A stretch of 63,715 nt of DNA from Gammaproteobacteria bacterium (GCA_024278135.1 JAJRTU010000321.1:1-63715); one strand, 5' to 3'; shown: positions 40,620-50,967, numbered from the stretch's first letter. The notes: a model not told the origin generated them from the sequence alone. Program-made: numbers and translations.

Positions 40620-42137
40620 GTGGATCTTAATATTCCCTTGCTGAGTTTGTTAATCTGGACGCCTATATTAGGCGGTGTCTGGGTGCTGTATGCCGGTGAC
40701 AGACAGGAAAATACGGTCAAGTACCTGAGCCTGAGTGTGGCCATCATCACCTTTGTGCTGTCGCTGCTGTTGTATATGCAATTTGACACGACTACCTATG
40801 CCATGCAGTTTGTGGAAAAGACGATATGGATAGAAACTTTCAGTATCTATTACCATCTCGGCGTTGATGGTATTGCCCTGCCGCTGATCCTGTTGACGAC
40901 CTTTACGACAGTACTGGTGATCCTTGCCGGCTGGGAAGTAATAGAGACCCGTATCTCCCAGTATATGGCGGCATTCCTGATCCTCAGCGGTTTTATGAAC
41001 GGTGTCTTTGTCGCAGTGGATGCCATGCTGTTTTATTTCTTCTGGGAAGCGATGCTGATCCCCATGTTTCTCATCATTGGTATCTGGGGTGGTCCGAATC
41101 GGGTATACGCAACGGTCAAATTCTTTTTGTATACCTTTCTCGGCTCGGTGTTCATGCTCGTTGCCCTGCTTTATCTGTATTCGCAGGCCGGCAGCTTCAA
41201 TATTATTGATCTGCAGACATTGCCACTTCCGCTGGATGTACAAAAGCTGATTTTTATCGCTTTCTTCCTTGCCTTTGCGGTGAAAATCCCCATGTGGCCG
41301 GTACATACCTGGCTGCCGGATGCCCATGTCGAGGCGCCGACGGGTGGTTCCGTGATACTGGCGGCAATCATGCTGAAGATGGGGGGCTATGGTTTTATCC
41401 GTTTCAGTTTGCCCATAACACCGGATGCCAGCGCGGCCCTGAATGGCTTTATGATTGTGCTGTCGTTGATTGCCATTGTCTATATCGGTTTTGTTGCACT
41501 GGCACAGCAGGACATGAAGAAACTGATAGCCTACTCCTCCATTTCACACATGGGGTTTGTCACGTTGGGATTTTTCGTCGGCTTTGCCATATATGCTGAA
41601 AATGGCACGGCACAAGGCGCTATCATGGGGATAGAAGGCGCCATGATGCAGATGATCTCCCATGGTTTTATTTCCGGGGCCCTGTTTCTCTGTGTCGGCG
41701 TTCTGTATGAACGCATGCACTCCCGGCAGATTAACGATTATGGCGGTGTGGTTAACAGCATGCCGCATTTTGCCGCTTTTATGATGTTATTTGCCATGGC
41801 GAATTCGGGTTTGCCCGGTACTTCCGGCTTTGTCGGCGAGTTTCTGGTTATTCTCAGCAGTTACCAGGCAAATTTCTGGATAGCTTTTCTCGCGGCCCTG
41901 ACCCTGATTCTCGGTGCGGCTTACACGCTGTGGATGTACAAGCGGGTTATGTTTGGTGACATTGCCAATGAACAGGTTGCCGAGCTACAGGATATTAGTC
42001 CGAGGGAAACGCTGATTTTGAGTCTGCTTGCCTTCGTGGTTCTGCTTTTCGGACTTTGGCCTGCGCCGGTGTTTGAAGTCATGCACCCGACTATCGAGCA
42101 CCTGTTTGAACATATCATCCAGCCTAAATTGGGATAA
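40620..42137 (+). CDS. nuoM: NADH-quinone oxidoreductase subunit M
   Basis: Antiporter-like subunit (FFWEAMLIPMFLIIGIWGG, KIPMWPVHTWLPDAHVEAPTGGSVILA). GTG start. Confidence 0.95.
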   Translation: MDLNIPLLSLLIWTPILGGVWVLYAGDRQENTVKYLSLSVAIITFVLSLLLYMQFDTTTYAMQFVEKTIWIETFSIYYHLGVDGIALPLILLTTFTTVLVILAGWEVIETRISQYMAAFLILSGFMNGVFVAVDAMLFYFFWEAMLIPMFLIIGIWGGPNRVYATVKFFLYTFLGSVFMLVALLYLYSQAGSFNIIDLQTLPLPLDVQKLIFIAFFLAFAVKIPMWPVHTWLPDAHVEAPTGGSVILAAIMLKMGGYGFIRFSLPITPDASAALNGFMIVLSLIAIVYIGFVALAQQDMKKLIAYSSISHMGFVTLGFFVGFAIYAENGTAQGAIMGIEGAMMQMISHGFISGALFLCVGVLYERMHSRQINDYGGVVNSMPHFAAFMMLFAMANSGLPGTSGFVGEFLVILSSYQANFWIAFLAALTLILGAAYTLWMYKRVMFGDIANEQVAELQDISPRETLILSLLAFVVLLFGLWPAPVFEVMHPTIEHLFEHIIQPKLG

Positions 42138-43570
42138 TGATGACAACAGAATTAAGCTATTTGATACCGGAGATAGTGTTATTCACGCTGGCCTGTATCG
42201 TTCTGATCGCCGATACTTTCGGCCCGCCTGACGACAGATCATTTACTTACTGGTTGTCTCAGAGTTCTTTAATGGTTGCTGTTGTCCTTCTGGTGTTTTT
42301 ATACCCGGACAGAACGACCCATGTACTGGGTATGAACTTTGTCAGTGACCAGATGGGTTCCATCCTCAAGATATTTATCTGCGCATTCACTGCTGTTGTC
42401 TTCTTTTACTCTTATGAATATCTGAAGGAACATGGACTGGTCAAGGGTGAATATTTTATTCTCGGCTTATTTGCCGTGTTGGGGATGATGGTAATGGTAT
42501 CGGCCTACAGTTTGTTGACTGTTTACCTGGGGCTGGAATTACTATCTCTGTCTCTGTATGCCATGGTGGCCATGCACCGGGACTCGCAGAGTGCTACCGA
42601 GGCGGCAATGAAATATTTCGTGCTCGGTGCGCTGGCCTCGGGCATGTTGTTATATGGTATTTCCATGCTGTATGGCGTTTCCGGTGCCATTGATCTGGGG
42701 TCATTATCGGCCTATATCTCACAACAGACAGACAGCAATATATTGCTTATTTTTGGCCTGGTGTTTGTTATTGTCGGTGTCGCTTTCAAATTAGGTGCGG
42801 TGCCATTCCATATGTGGGTGCCTGATGTTTATCAGGGCTCGCCCACTTCGGTGACACTGTTTATTGCCAGTGCGCCCAAGATAGCCGCATTTGCCATGGC
42901 CATACGTTTACTGGTGGACGGCATGGAGGGACTGGTGGATGGCTGGCAGGGGATGCTGATAATCCTGTCTGTGTTGTCCATGGCAGCCGGTAATATCATT
43001 GCTATATCCCAGACCAACATCAAGCGTATGCTGGCCTATTCCACCATCGCCCATGTCGGTTTTTTGTTATTGGGTATCGCTTCCGGCTCGTACTCCGGTT
43101 ATGCCGGTTCCATGTTTTATGTGTTGACCTACGCCTTGATGAGTATGGGGGCCTTCGGCATGATTATCCTGCTGGGTCGCAAGGGTTACGAGGCGGATAC
43201 TCTGGATGATTTCAAGGGGCTTGCCAGCCGCAGTCCCTGGTTTGCCTTTATCATGCTGCTGCTGATGTTTTCCATGGCCGGTGTGCCACCGCTTCTCGGT
43301 TTTTGGGCGAAATGGTTTGTCATAAAAGAAATCATCGACATGGGCTACATCTGGCTGGCTGCTGTTGCAGTGCTGCTTTCTGTTGTTGGTGCCTATTACT
43401 ATCTGCGTATTATCAAGCTGATGTATTTTGATGAAGCTGATCAAATGACGGCGATTAAAGCCAGTCAGGGGATGCGTTTCGTCCTGAGCATTCACGGTCT
43501 GACTCTGTTGCTGTTAGGTTTTGCGCCTGGCATGCTGATGGCCTTATGTATTGGTGCCTTTAGCGTCTAG
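42137..43570 (+). CDS. nuoN: NADH-quinone oxidoreductase subunit N
   Basis: Antiporter-like subunit (KLGAVPFHMWVPDVYQGSPTSVTLFIASAPK). ATG overlaps the nuoM TAA. Last gene of the operon. Confidence 0.95.
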   Translation: MMTTELSYLIPEIVLFTLACIVLIADTFGPPDDRSFTYWLSQSSLMVAVVLLVFLYPDRTTHVLGMNFVSDQMGSILKIFICAFTAVVFFYSYEYLKEHGLVKGEYFILGLFAVLGMMVMVSAYSLLTVYLGLELLSLSLYAMVAMHRDSQSATEAAMKYFVLGALASGMLLYGISMLYGVSGAIDLGSLSAYISQQTDSNILLIFGLVFVIVGVAFKLGAVPFHMWVPDVYQGSPTSVTLFIASAPKIAAFAMAIRLLVDGMEGLVDGWQGMLIILSVLSMAAGNIIAISQTNIKRMLAYSTIAHVGFLLLGIASGSYSGYAGSMFYVLTYALMSMGAFGMIILLGRKGYEADTLDDFKGLASRSPWFAFIMLLLMFSMAGVPPLLGFWAKWFVIKEIIDMGYIWLAAVAVLLSVVGAYYYLRIIKLMYFDEADQMTAIKASQGMRFVLSIHGLTLLLLGFAPGMLMALCIGAFSV

Positions 43571-43663
43571 ACAGAAGTTTCGAATTTCCGCACATCAGTC
43601 TGAACAGAACGCGGACACGATCCATTAATGCACCTGCTTGTGCATACCCTTTGGAAATTTTAA

Positions 43664-44527
43664 TTAAGTCCTGCCGGTTCCGATAAGTTGTCCCATCTCC
43701 ACTTTCGAGCCCGGTTGCAGCGCTGCAGACCAGTGCATCCGGCTTTGCTCGAATAAAAGGATTACGGTTGAACCCATATTAAAGCGAGCAATCTCTTCAC
43801 CTCTGGTGAAGCTCGTTTGTGCTTTCGAACCGGGGCTGTAATCCCAGACACTCAGTTCTCTTCGCTTTGTCGGTGTTATTTCGCCCTGCCAGACGGTTTC
43901 CATACTGCCAACAAAAATGGCCCCGACCAGAATGGTGGCCATCAGACCAAATTCAGTGTCAAACAGACAGATGACTCTCTCATTGCGGGCAAACAGTTGA
44001 TCCACAGCTTTGCTGGTGGCTTCGTTAACTGAAAATAAATCACCGGGGACATAAGTCATTTTTAGCAATTCACCTTTCACCGGCAGGTGGATACGATGAT
44101 AATCCCGCGGTGAAAGGTAAAGGGTGGCGAAGCTGCCATTGTTAAAATGATCCACCGCTTTTTCATCATTGGCGAGCAGTGCCCTGAGGCTGAAATATTT
44201 GCCTTTGGCCTGCAACACGACGTCTTTATCAACCTGACCGATCTGCGAGACACTGGCGTCTACCGGGGAGACGATAGATGCAGGATTATTGTCTATTGGT
44301 CGTTCATTTTTTTTCAGACGACGACTGAAGAACTCATTGAAATTGCCATAAGATCGTGGATCGGACTGTTCCGCTATCTGCATATCAACCTGATAATAGC
44401 GGATAAAAATACGTGTAATGAAGTTCTTCCAGGGTGCCCAGCGCCAGCGGGCGATACGATGCATGCAGCGTGAAAGGCCATGCTGGGGCAGTACTGTCTG
44501 TAAAAAAATATTAATGTGGTTCCACAT
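43664..44527 (-). CDS. psd: phosphatidylserine decarboxylase proenzyme
   Basis: Self-cleavage motif FNMGSTVILLF (G-S-T) near the C-terminus, with family-typical LSPRDYHRIH. 287 aa. Confidence 0.92.
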   Translation of the reverse strand: MWNHINIFLQTVLPQHGLSRCMHRIARWRWAPWKNFITRIFIRYYQVDMQIAEQSDPRSYGNFNEFFSRRLKKNERPIDNNPASIVSPVDASVSQIGQVDKDVVLQAKGKYFSLRALLANDEKAVDHFNNGSFATLYLSPRDYHRIHLPVKGELLKMTYVPGDLFSVNEATSKAVDQLFARNERVICLFDTEFGLMATILVGAIFVGSMETVWQGEITPTKRRELSVWDYSPGSKAQTSFTRGEEIARFNMGSTVILLFEQSRMHWSAALQPGSKVEMGQLIGTGRT

Positions 44528-44553
44528 GGGAAGACGATGTCAGTGTGCAGGAA

Positions 44554-45006
44554 TTAATGAGGGTGTGCTTTGTCCGGATTAAATCGTTTTACCCGTGCTT
44601 CCACAGAGATCTGCTCGCCATCTGAAAAATACAGAGTAAGAGATGCACTTTCGCCTGCGCGAAATCGCTTCCGAGGGTTAAATAACATCAGATGGTAATC
44701 TCCGGGTGTAAACTGCAATAGGCTGTTTGCAGCTATATCCACCTGCGTCTGTAACTGCATTCTGACGATATCATCGGTGACAATGCTGCGATGAATTTCT
44801 ATCCGTTCGTAATCCGGGCTGTCTATTCTGTCAAGCGTAACTGCATGATCGGTATTGTTTTTTATAAAAAGATAGGCGGCATTGATTTTGCCGACAGGGG
44901 GTGCCTCATTGATCCAGGCATCTGACACGAGTATAGCCGGCGAATCGGCATGCAAACTGCCCGACAGCAGGCAAAGGCTTATGGTGAAATAGAGTATGAA
45001 GCGCAT
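44554..45006 (-). CDS. copper chaperone PCu(A)C
   Basis: Signal peptide and the H/M copper-binding pattern of the DUF461/PCuAC family (IEIHRS...M...PGDYHLMLFNP). Start overlaps the sco stop (ATGA). Confidence 0.82.
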   Translation of the reverse strand: MRFILYFTISLCLLSGSLHADSPAILVSDAWINEAPPVGKINAAYLFIKNNTDHAVTLDRIDSPDYERIEIHRSIVTDDIVRMQLQTQVDIAANSLLQFTPGDYHLMLFNPRKRFRAGESASLTLYFSDGEQISVEARVKRFNPDKAHPH

Positions 45007-45656
45007 CAGTGTTGTACTTGTTTATCAATAAAAGATCTTATTTCAAGGAAACGTGATAGCACCTCACCCGTCTGGTGAGGTGCCGGTAGAACCGCAATGA
45101 GCCGTGCTTGTGGGCTGACAAGAAACAGGGATGCTGAGTGGTCGACCAGATAATCACCACTGCTTGAGGCTTGATTATGAAAGAAAGGGATGCCCAATTG
45201 CCCGGTCAGACTTTTCACCTGTTCGAGGCTGCCACCCAGACCAAGAAAATCCTCATTAAAATAGGAGACATAGTCGTGCAGTTGTTCGCTGGTATCCCGT
45301 TCCGGGTCAACCGAGACAAAAATCATCTGTACTCCTGATTGCAGGTCCCTTGTTGCCAGTTCATCGTAGACCTGATCGAGTATTGTCAGTGTGATGGGGC
45401 AAATGTCGGGGCAGTGAGTGTAACCGAAAAACAGAAATGACCACTTGCCCTGCAAATTCTCCAGAGTAAATTCTCTGCCGTTTTGATCAATGGTGGAGAA
45501 TGCCTGCAGGCTCTTCGGGTCCGGCCACATCATGCCCTGGATATTCGGAGGTGATTGTATATGCTGTTGCCTGGCGGTAAATATACCGATGCCTGTGCCA
45601 AAAGCGATCAAGGCGATAACAATAGTGAGCGTATGCAGGGAAGGTCGATTTATCAT
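45006..45656 (-). CDS. SCO family copper-binding thiol-disulfide protein (Sco1/SenC)
   Basis: N-terminal anchor, CxxxC motif in FGYTHCPDICP, and a conserved downstream His (VDHSASLFLV). Confidence 0.88.
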   Translation of the reverse strand: MINRPSLHTLTIVIALIAFGTGIGIFTARQQHIQSPPNIQGMMWPDPKSLQAFSTIDQNGREFTLENLQGKWSFLFFGYTHCPDICPITLTILDQVYDELATRDLQSGVQMIFVSVDPERDTSEQLHDYVSYFNEDFLGLGGSLEQVKSLTGQLGIPFFHNQASSSGDYLVDHSASLFLVSPQARLIAVLPAPHQTGEVLSRFLEIRSFIDKQVQH

Positions 45657-45847
45657 GATGCGGATTATATGATAAATCAGAAGTGCAGTATTCCCTTAAG
45701 GTGGTATTAAAGATAAGTAGATGTTGACCGCTAACCCGAATTGAATCGTTTGGGGGTGATCTGACGGATTAACAGGAAGGCCTGGATTTGTCATCTGGCA
45801 TAAATAGTGCTTCCATTTTCTCGAGGTTTGATATTAAAGGAGAAGAA

Positions 45848-47317
45848 ATGGCTTGTTTGAACAGCAATAGCTTATGGTGCAGGCTGACGGTTTTACTGTT
45901 ATTTTTTATTCCCGAAGTGGCGGTATCCGCCGAGATGATGGCAGTGCAGGATTTTACCCGTCATTGGGCCGGTTTTATTTGTCTGGCCATATTCTTTGTT
46001 GCCTACACTCTGGTGATAGCCGAAGAGGCGATTCATCTGCGCAAGTCGAAGCCGGTGATCGTGGCTGCCGGCCTCATCTGGATGATTGTTGCGTTCGTCT
46101 ATGCTCAACATGGTGACACGCATACGGCCGAACTGGCGGTGCGTCATAATCTGCTGGAATTCGCTGAGCTTTTTTTATTCCTGCTGGCAGCGATGACCTA
46201 CATCAATACGATGGAAGATCGTGGTGTATTTGACCTGCTCAGAGCATGGCTGCTGTCCAGAAATTTCTCCTTTCGAACTATATTTTGTATCACTGGTGCG
46301 ATTGCTTTCGCTCTGTCGCCCATCGCGGATAACCTGACTACCGCATTGTTGATGTCAACGGTGGTGATGGCAGTGGGTGGTACCAATACTAAATTTGTGT
46401 CCCTGTCCTGTATCAATATTGTTGTGGCCGCCAATGCCGGGGGAGCGTTCAGCCCTTTTGGAGATATCACAACATTGATGGTGTGGCAGAAGGGCAGCCT
46501 TGTGCAGTTCTCTGAGTTCTTTAATCTGTTGCTGCCGTCATTAGTGAACTGGATTGTGCCTGCCACCATTATGTACTTCTTCATCGAAAATGCTCAACCG
46601 GCCACTGTTGACGAGCAGGTCGTGTTGAAAGAAGGGGCATGGATCATTGTAGGTTTATTCATTCTTACCATTACTCTTGCCGTTTGCGTACACAGCTTCT
46701 TACATCTTCCTCCTGTCATCGGCATGATGACCGGTCTTGGGTTCCTGAAATTATATGGTTATGTATTGAAACTGAAGAGTCACAAACTGCATGATCCCGG
46801 TGCAGGTGCACTCGGCGCCGAATCGTTTGAGGAAAGCCAGTCGACTGCCGGACACTCTAAAGAAGAAGCCTTTAATATCTACAAGAAGCTGGCACGCGCC
46901 GAATGGGATACTCTGATGTTTTTTTATGGTGTCATACTTTGTGTGGGTGGTCTGGGGACATTGGGTTATCTGCAGCTCATATCAGAAGTAATGTATCAGG
47001 ATCTGGGGATCACACAGGCCAATATTCTGGTGGGTTTTCTTTCTGCTCTTATTGACAATATTCCGGTTATGTTTGCCGTGCTCGCCATGTTACCTGATAT
47101 GGAACTGGGGCAATGGCTGTTAGTGACGCTGACAGCCGGTGTTGGCGGTTCATTATTGTCGGTGGGATCCGCTGCCGGTGTTGCCGTAATGGGGCAGGCC
47201 AGGGGGGTGTATACTTTTATGGCCCATCTGAAGTGGAGTTGGGCGATATTGCTTGGTTATGCGGCATCGATCTGGGTACATTTTCTCGTAAACAGTCGAT
47301 TTTTCAATCAATTATAA
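45848..47317 (+). CDS. nhaD: NhaD-type Na+/H+ antiporter (ArsB/NhaD permease superfamily)
   Basis: ~12 TM. Motifs SPIADNLTTALLM, AANAGGAFSPFGDITTLM and SALIDNIPVM are typical of NhaD. ATG at 45848 follows AAGGAG. The track ORF opens at 45788. Confidence 0.75.
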   Translation: MACLNSNSLWCRLTVLLLFFIPEVAVSAEMMAVQDFTRHWAGFICLAIFFVAYTLVIAEEAIHLRKSKPVIVAAGLIWMIVAFVYAQHGDTHTAELAVRHNLLEFAELFLFLLAAMTYINTMEDRGVFDLLRAWLLSRNFSFRTIFCITGAIAFALSPIADNLTTALLMSTVVMAVGGTNTKFVSLSCINIVVAANAGGAFSPFGDITTLMVWQKGSLVQFSEFFNLLLPSLVNWIVPATIMYFFIENAQPATVDEQVVLKEGAWIIVGLFILTITLAVCVHSFLHLPPVIGMMTGLGFLKLYGYVLKLKSHKLHDPGAGALGAESFEESQSTAGHSKEEAFNIYKKLARAEWDTLMFFYGVILCVGGLGTLGYLQLISEVMYQDLGITQANILVGFLSALIDNIPVMFAVLAMLPDMELGQWLLVTLTAGVGGSLLSVGSAAGVAVMGQARGVYTFMAHLKWSWAILLGYAASIWVHFLVNSRFFNQL

Positions 47318-47439
47318 TCTCTGCACGCAAGCGCCACATTCGTTATAATCCAGTGCGTTGCGCAGCTGCTCAGTTGACGGAACGGGTTGGCAAAACGTAT
47401 CATTCTATCTGTAATTCATTCAGGCTTTTGAGATTCAAG

Positions 47440-48888
47440 ATGTTTCCGGGACTAAAAATGATAATAAAAATGTTATTAGCGGTGACCGCTGTATTATTTT
47501 CCACTATAGCATTTGCTGCTGATGGGCATGGCGCTGCTGAGATGCAGATGATGACTGAGCCGCTTGAGTTTACAAAAGCCATGGCAGTATCTGCCATCGT
47601 ACTGGCCGTTACTTTTATCGGGATTTTTACTGAGACCATACATGGTATGGAACGCTCCAAATTTGCCGCAGCCGGAGCCATTGTGATGATTATCCTTGGC
47701 CAGGTCTATGGTTTTTACACACCGGAGCTGGCCATCGGAGCCGTGGACTGGAACGTCGTTTTTTTACTGGGCTGCATGATGACGGTTGTTGCCATCATGA
47801 TTCCAACCGGTGGATTCAACTGGATGGCCTATAAGATGGCGGCTATGAGCAAGGGTCGCCTGTACTTGATGCTGGTCATGCTGGGAACGGCTGTCACCGT
47901 CATGTCCTTGTTGTTGGACAATGTGACTACGGTGGTCATCTTTGGCCCACTGATTATCCTGATTGCCCGCGCACAGAAAGTTACGCCCATTCCTTATTTA
48001 CTGGCCGCCGCCCTGTTATCTGACACTGGTGGCGTGGCGACACTGGTGGGTGATCCGCCCAACCTGATGATTGGTTCGGCCGCAGGCATCAATTTCAACA
48101 CTTTCATTATCCATATGGGGCCACCGGTCATCGTCGCCTGGTTTGTGTGTTTAATTGCACTCAAATTTTTGTTCAGGAAAGAACTGAGCGTGACACCGGA
48201 ATATTCTTTTTCCGATGAGGTGCCCATTAAAAATAAAAGACTCTGGTATGCCTCACTGACGATATTGGCCGCTATGGTGGTCCTGTTCACTATCCATGGC
48301 AGGCTCGGCTGGGAACCCTGGTTTGTTTCGGCGATGGGTATGACCGCCCTGGTCTTTATGTCACGCCATGTCATTATGGACAAGACCTTTGAGCATGTGG
48401 AGATCGCCCTGCTGGTGTTCTTTATATCCCTGTTTATGGTGATAGGCGGGGTAGAGCACAGTCAATTCCTGATGTACCTGGGCCAGTTTATTACACCTTT
48501 TGTTCAGGATGATTTAATGATCGCTGCAATCGCCTTGATGTGGGTGGGTGCGATTTTATCGGCAATGATAGATAACATTCCGTTTACGGCAGCCATGATT
48601 CCCATCATCCTCAGCCTGGATGCACAGGGCATTAATGTTTCTCCCCTGTGGTGGGCTCTGGCTATGGGTGTCGGCATGGGGGGTAACGGTACGCATATCG
48701 GTTCCACCGCCAATGTATTTATTGTGACCATATCCGAACGCCTGGCGAGAGAAGAGAATGATAAAAGTCTGGCGATTACGCCGATGGTATGGTTTAAGAA
48801 GGGTACACCTATCATGTTACTCACCTTGATGACCTGCACCCTGATTATGGTCTTTTTCTTCGACTGGTTTACCTCACCGGTCAACTGA
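47440..48888 (+). CDS. ArsB/NhaD-superfamily anion/cation permease (YbiR/citrate-transporter-like)
   Basis: Polytopic. LLLDNVTTVVIFGPL, LLSDTGGVATLVGDPPNLMIG and SAMIDNIPFTAAMIP. The track ORF opens at 47113 inside nhaD, so the ATG at 47440 (MFPGLKMIIKMLLAV...) is taken as the start. Confidence 0.75.
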   Translation: MFPGLKMIIKMLLAVTAVLFSTIAFAADGHGAAEMQMMTEPLEFTKAMAVSAIVLAVTFIGIFTETIHGMERSKFAAAGAIVMIILGQVYGFYTPELAIGAVDWNVVFLLGCMMTVVAIMIPTGGFNWMAYKMAAMSKGRLYLMLVMLGTAVTVMSLLLDNVTTVVIFGPLIILIARAQKVTPIPYLLAAALLSDTGGVATLVGDPPNLMIGSAAGINFNTFIIHMGPPVIVAWFVCLIALKFLFRKELSVTPEYSFSDEVPIKNKRLWYASLTILAAMVVLFTIHGRLGWEPWFVSAMGMTALVFMSRHVIMDKTFEHVEIALLVFFISLFMVIGGVEHSQFLMYLGQFITPFVQDDLMIAAIALMWVGAILSAMIDNIPFTAAMIPIILSLDAQGINVSPLWWALAMGVGMGGNGTHIGSTANVFIVTISERLAREENDKSLAITPMVWFKKGTPIMLLTLMTCTLIMVFFFDWFTSPVN

Positions 48889-48942
48889 AACGGAAGAGCA
48901 ATACCTGAGGCAGAATGCGCTGGAACTTCAACAGGGTATTGT

Positions 48943-49425
48943 TCAGTCCCTGAAGTTGGTGTATTGAAGAGGCAGTCCCAGGTTTTGCTGTTTTAGAAAA
49001 GTGATGGCTTCCTGCAGGTCGTCACGTTTCTTGCCCGCAATCCGAACCTGATCTCCCTGAATACTCGATTGCACTTTTAATTTGGTGTTTTTGACAAGTT
49101 TCACTATTTTTCTCGCCAGTTCCTTGTCAATTCCCTGTCGTACCGTTATTTGTTGGCGAGCCTCATTGTTACTCTCCTGGATATCGCCGTATTCAAGACA
49201 GCCGATATCAATACCCCGTTTGGACAGTTTTGACTGCAGGATATCAATAATCTGTTTTATCTGAAATTCGGCCGGTGCAATCAAGGTCAGGATGGCTTCC
49301 TTATGTTCGATTCTGGAATTCGTTCCCTTGAAATCAAAACGATTGGACACTTCACGATTGCTCTGATCAATGGCATTGGTCAATTCGTGAGTGTCGATTT
49401 CAGATACTACATCAAACGAAGGCAT
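48943..49425 (-). CDS. yajQ: YajQ family cyclic di-GMP-binding / nucleotide-binding protein
   Basis: MPSFDVVSEIDTHELTNAIDQSNREVSNRFDFKG is the canonical YajQ N-terminus. AGGAGA SD before the ATG at 49425. 160 aa. Confidence 0.92.
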   Translation of the reverse strand: MPSFDVVSEIDTHELTNAIDQSNREVSNRFDFKGTNSRIEHKEAILTLIAPAEFQIKQIIDILQSKLSKRGIDIGCLEYGDIQESNNEARQQITVRQGIDKELARKIVKLVKNTKLKVQSSIQGDQVRIAGKKRDDLQEAITFLKQQNLGLPLQYTNFRD

Positions 49426-49500
49426 GCGTATTCTCCTGATATGGCAGATGGCCGATATTGTGACAGCAGGGCGGGTGGATTCCAATAGCGCTGCCGGATA

Positions 49501-49845
49501 TTAATGCAAGGACGGTGGTCTGGATTGATGGAAAGTATTTTGACCATCCGGGCCTTCCAGATGGCTTTCGATGATGCTGTTTCCCAGCAGGCTGACATAA
49601 CCCGAGAAACGGTCGACGCCGTTTTCGCTGACTTCAAACTGAAATCGTCTTAATAACCTCAGATTGCCGTCATCGGCCCTTTTAAGAGTAAGCGAGACAA
49701 GTGCGACAGTTTGGTCAAGCAGTTGTAAATCCGATTCCCGGCACAATTGTTTGCAATGTTTAATGACGAATTCGCGTATGCGTAAACTCTCAAACCAGAC
49801 AACTGTAAGGATTAAAATACCAAGTAATAAGAATATAATATCCAT
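49501..49845 (-). CDS. DUF3301 domain-containing membrane protein
   Basis: N-terminal TM helix then RIREFVIKHCKQLCRESDLQLLDQTVALVSL...RFQFEVS, which I recall matches the DUF3301 pattern. Confidence 0.65.
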   Translation of the reverse strand: MDIIFLLLGILILTVVWFESLRIREFVIKHCKQLCRESDLQLLDQTVALVSLTLKRADDGNLRLLRRFQFEVSENGVDRFSGYVSLLGNSIIESHLEGPDGQNTFHQSRPPSLH

Positions 49846-49865
49846 GTTGAACGGATAATATTATA

Positions 49866-50957
49866 TTATTTATCCAGCAAAAATTTGGTAAAGGCCTCAG
49901 TATAACTTTCTTCGAAGTCGGCCTTTGTCCGGACAATAAACAACACAGGAATTTTCTCCTGTCTTGCCAGCTTGTCAGCAGCTTCCTTGCCCATAACCAG
50001 AAAAGCAGTGGCGAGGGCATCCGCCCAGGCCGCCGATGGATGCAGCACGGTGACCGATGCCAATGAGTGGGTAATTGGACGCCCCGTATCGGGATCAATA
50101 GTATGAGAATAGCGTTTACCATCCTGTTCAAAATAATTCCGATAATCTCCGGATGTCGCCATGGCAATATTATCCAGTTTTATCACGCGTTGTACGGCAC
50201 GTTGTCCCGGCAGAGGCTTTTCAATACCGATACGCCAGGCGAAATTGATTTCATTGACGCCACTCGCGCGAATTTCACCACCTATCTCCACCATGTAATT
50301 TTCGATATTTTGCTGGGCCAGGTATTCTGCAATCCTGTCCACAGCATAACCTTTGGCAATGCCTGAGAGATCAATATAAATATCGTCAATCGTCTCTTTC
50401 AATGCCGCAGGTGACTTGCGCAGTTTGATGTGTTCAAAGCCGGTTGTTGCCAGTGCTGCGGAAACAGCTGCTGCGTCGGGAGACTGCTGTGGCTGCCGGG
50501 AAGGGCCAAAACCCCACAAATTGACCAGTGGGCCTACGGTAATATCAAAACTGCCATTGGTCAGTTTGCTGATGCTGATGGCATCGCTGAGTACCTGGTA
50601 TAGCTCGGCAGAGACAGGTATCCATTCCTGACTGTTGTTTTTGTTGATAAGAGACAATTCTGAATCATCAATATAAGTGGACATCTTGTTATTAATATCG
50701 GCAAGGAGCTCTGCCACATCAGCATTGATTTTTTCAATCGACAGCTGAATGTCAGGTTCATTTATCTTGATGGTATAGTTTGTCCCCATTGTCAGGCCAC
50801 CGACAACCATCGGCGGAACAGAGTTGGCATTGTTACCGCAGCCGGAACTGAAGGCGATAAAAACCAGCAAGATAAAGATGGCTGGACAGCGGTGAATACA
50901 GAGTGACAGGGGGGAGAACGTGATCAAGCCTGCTGGTACGGATTGTCTGTTAAGCAT
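49866..50957 (-). CDS. apbE: FAD:protein FMN transferase (ApbE family lipoprotein)
   Basis: Lipobox FSSGC. GIAKGYAVD, MATSGDYRNYF and HTIDPDTGRP ApbE motifs. The ATG at 50957 avoids overlap with aceK. Confidence 0.9.
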   Translation of the reverse strand: MLNRQSVPAGLITFSPLSLCIHRCPAIFILLVFIAFSSGCGNNANSVPPMVVGGLTMGTNYTIKINEPDIQLSIEKINADVAELLADINNKMSTYIDDSELSLINKNNSQEWIPVSAELYQVLSDAISISKLTNGSFDITVGPLVNLWGFGPSRQPQQSPDAAAVSAALATTGFEHIKLRKSPAALKETIDDIYIDLSGIAKGYAVDRIAEYLAQQNIENYMVEIGGEIRASGVNEINFAWRIGIEKPLPGQRAVQRVIKLDNIAMATSGDYRNYFEQDGKRYSHTIDPDTGRPITHSLASVTVLHPSAAWADALATAFLVMGKEAADKLARQEKIPVLFIVRTKADFEESYTEAFTKFLLDK

Positions 50958-50967
50958 TGAAAAGTAT

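Noticed and set aside
40668-41327. 219-aa minus-strand ORF inside nuoM. Similar long antisense ORFs occur at 3286-3996, 21079-21606, 32426-33010, 33053-33619, 34232-34723 and 57540-58043.
   Set aside because: All lie antisense to, or out of frame with, genes that have unambiguous conserved motifs. Their translations are compositionally odd (H/Q/R/G-rich) and match no family, so they are frame artefacts.
43628-43645. Possible bidirectional terminator between the convergent nuoN and psd genes (ATGCAC-ctgctt-GTGCAT). A similar imperfect hairpin lies between the permease and yajQ (~48899-48940).
   Set aside because: The stems are only 6-9 bp with bulges and lack flanking T/A tracts, which is too weak to annotate.
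47113-47439. N-terminal 109 codons of track ORF 47113..48888, overlapping the 3' end of nhaD by about 200 nt
   Set aside because: This part translates to Cys/Arg-rich non-membrane sequence and overlaps a conserved gene. A proper hydrophobic N-terminus begins at the ATG at 47440. The same logic trimmed recG (14097-14180), ridA, yicC, yajQ, apbE (50958-51047), sga (55698-55778), mtkB (59237-59290), nuoB and nhaD.
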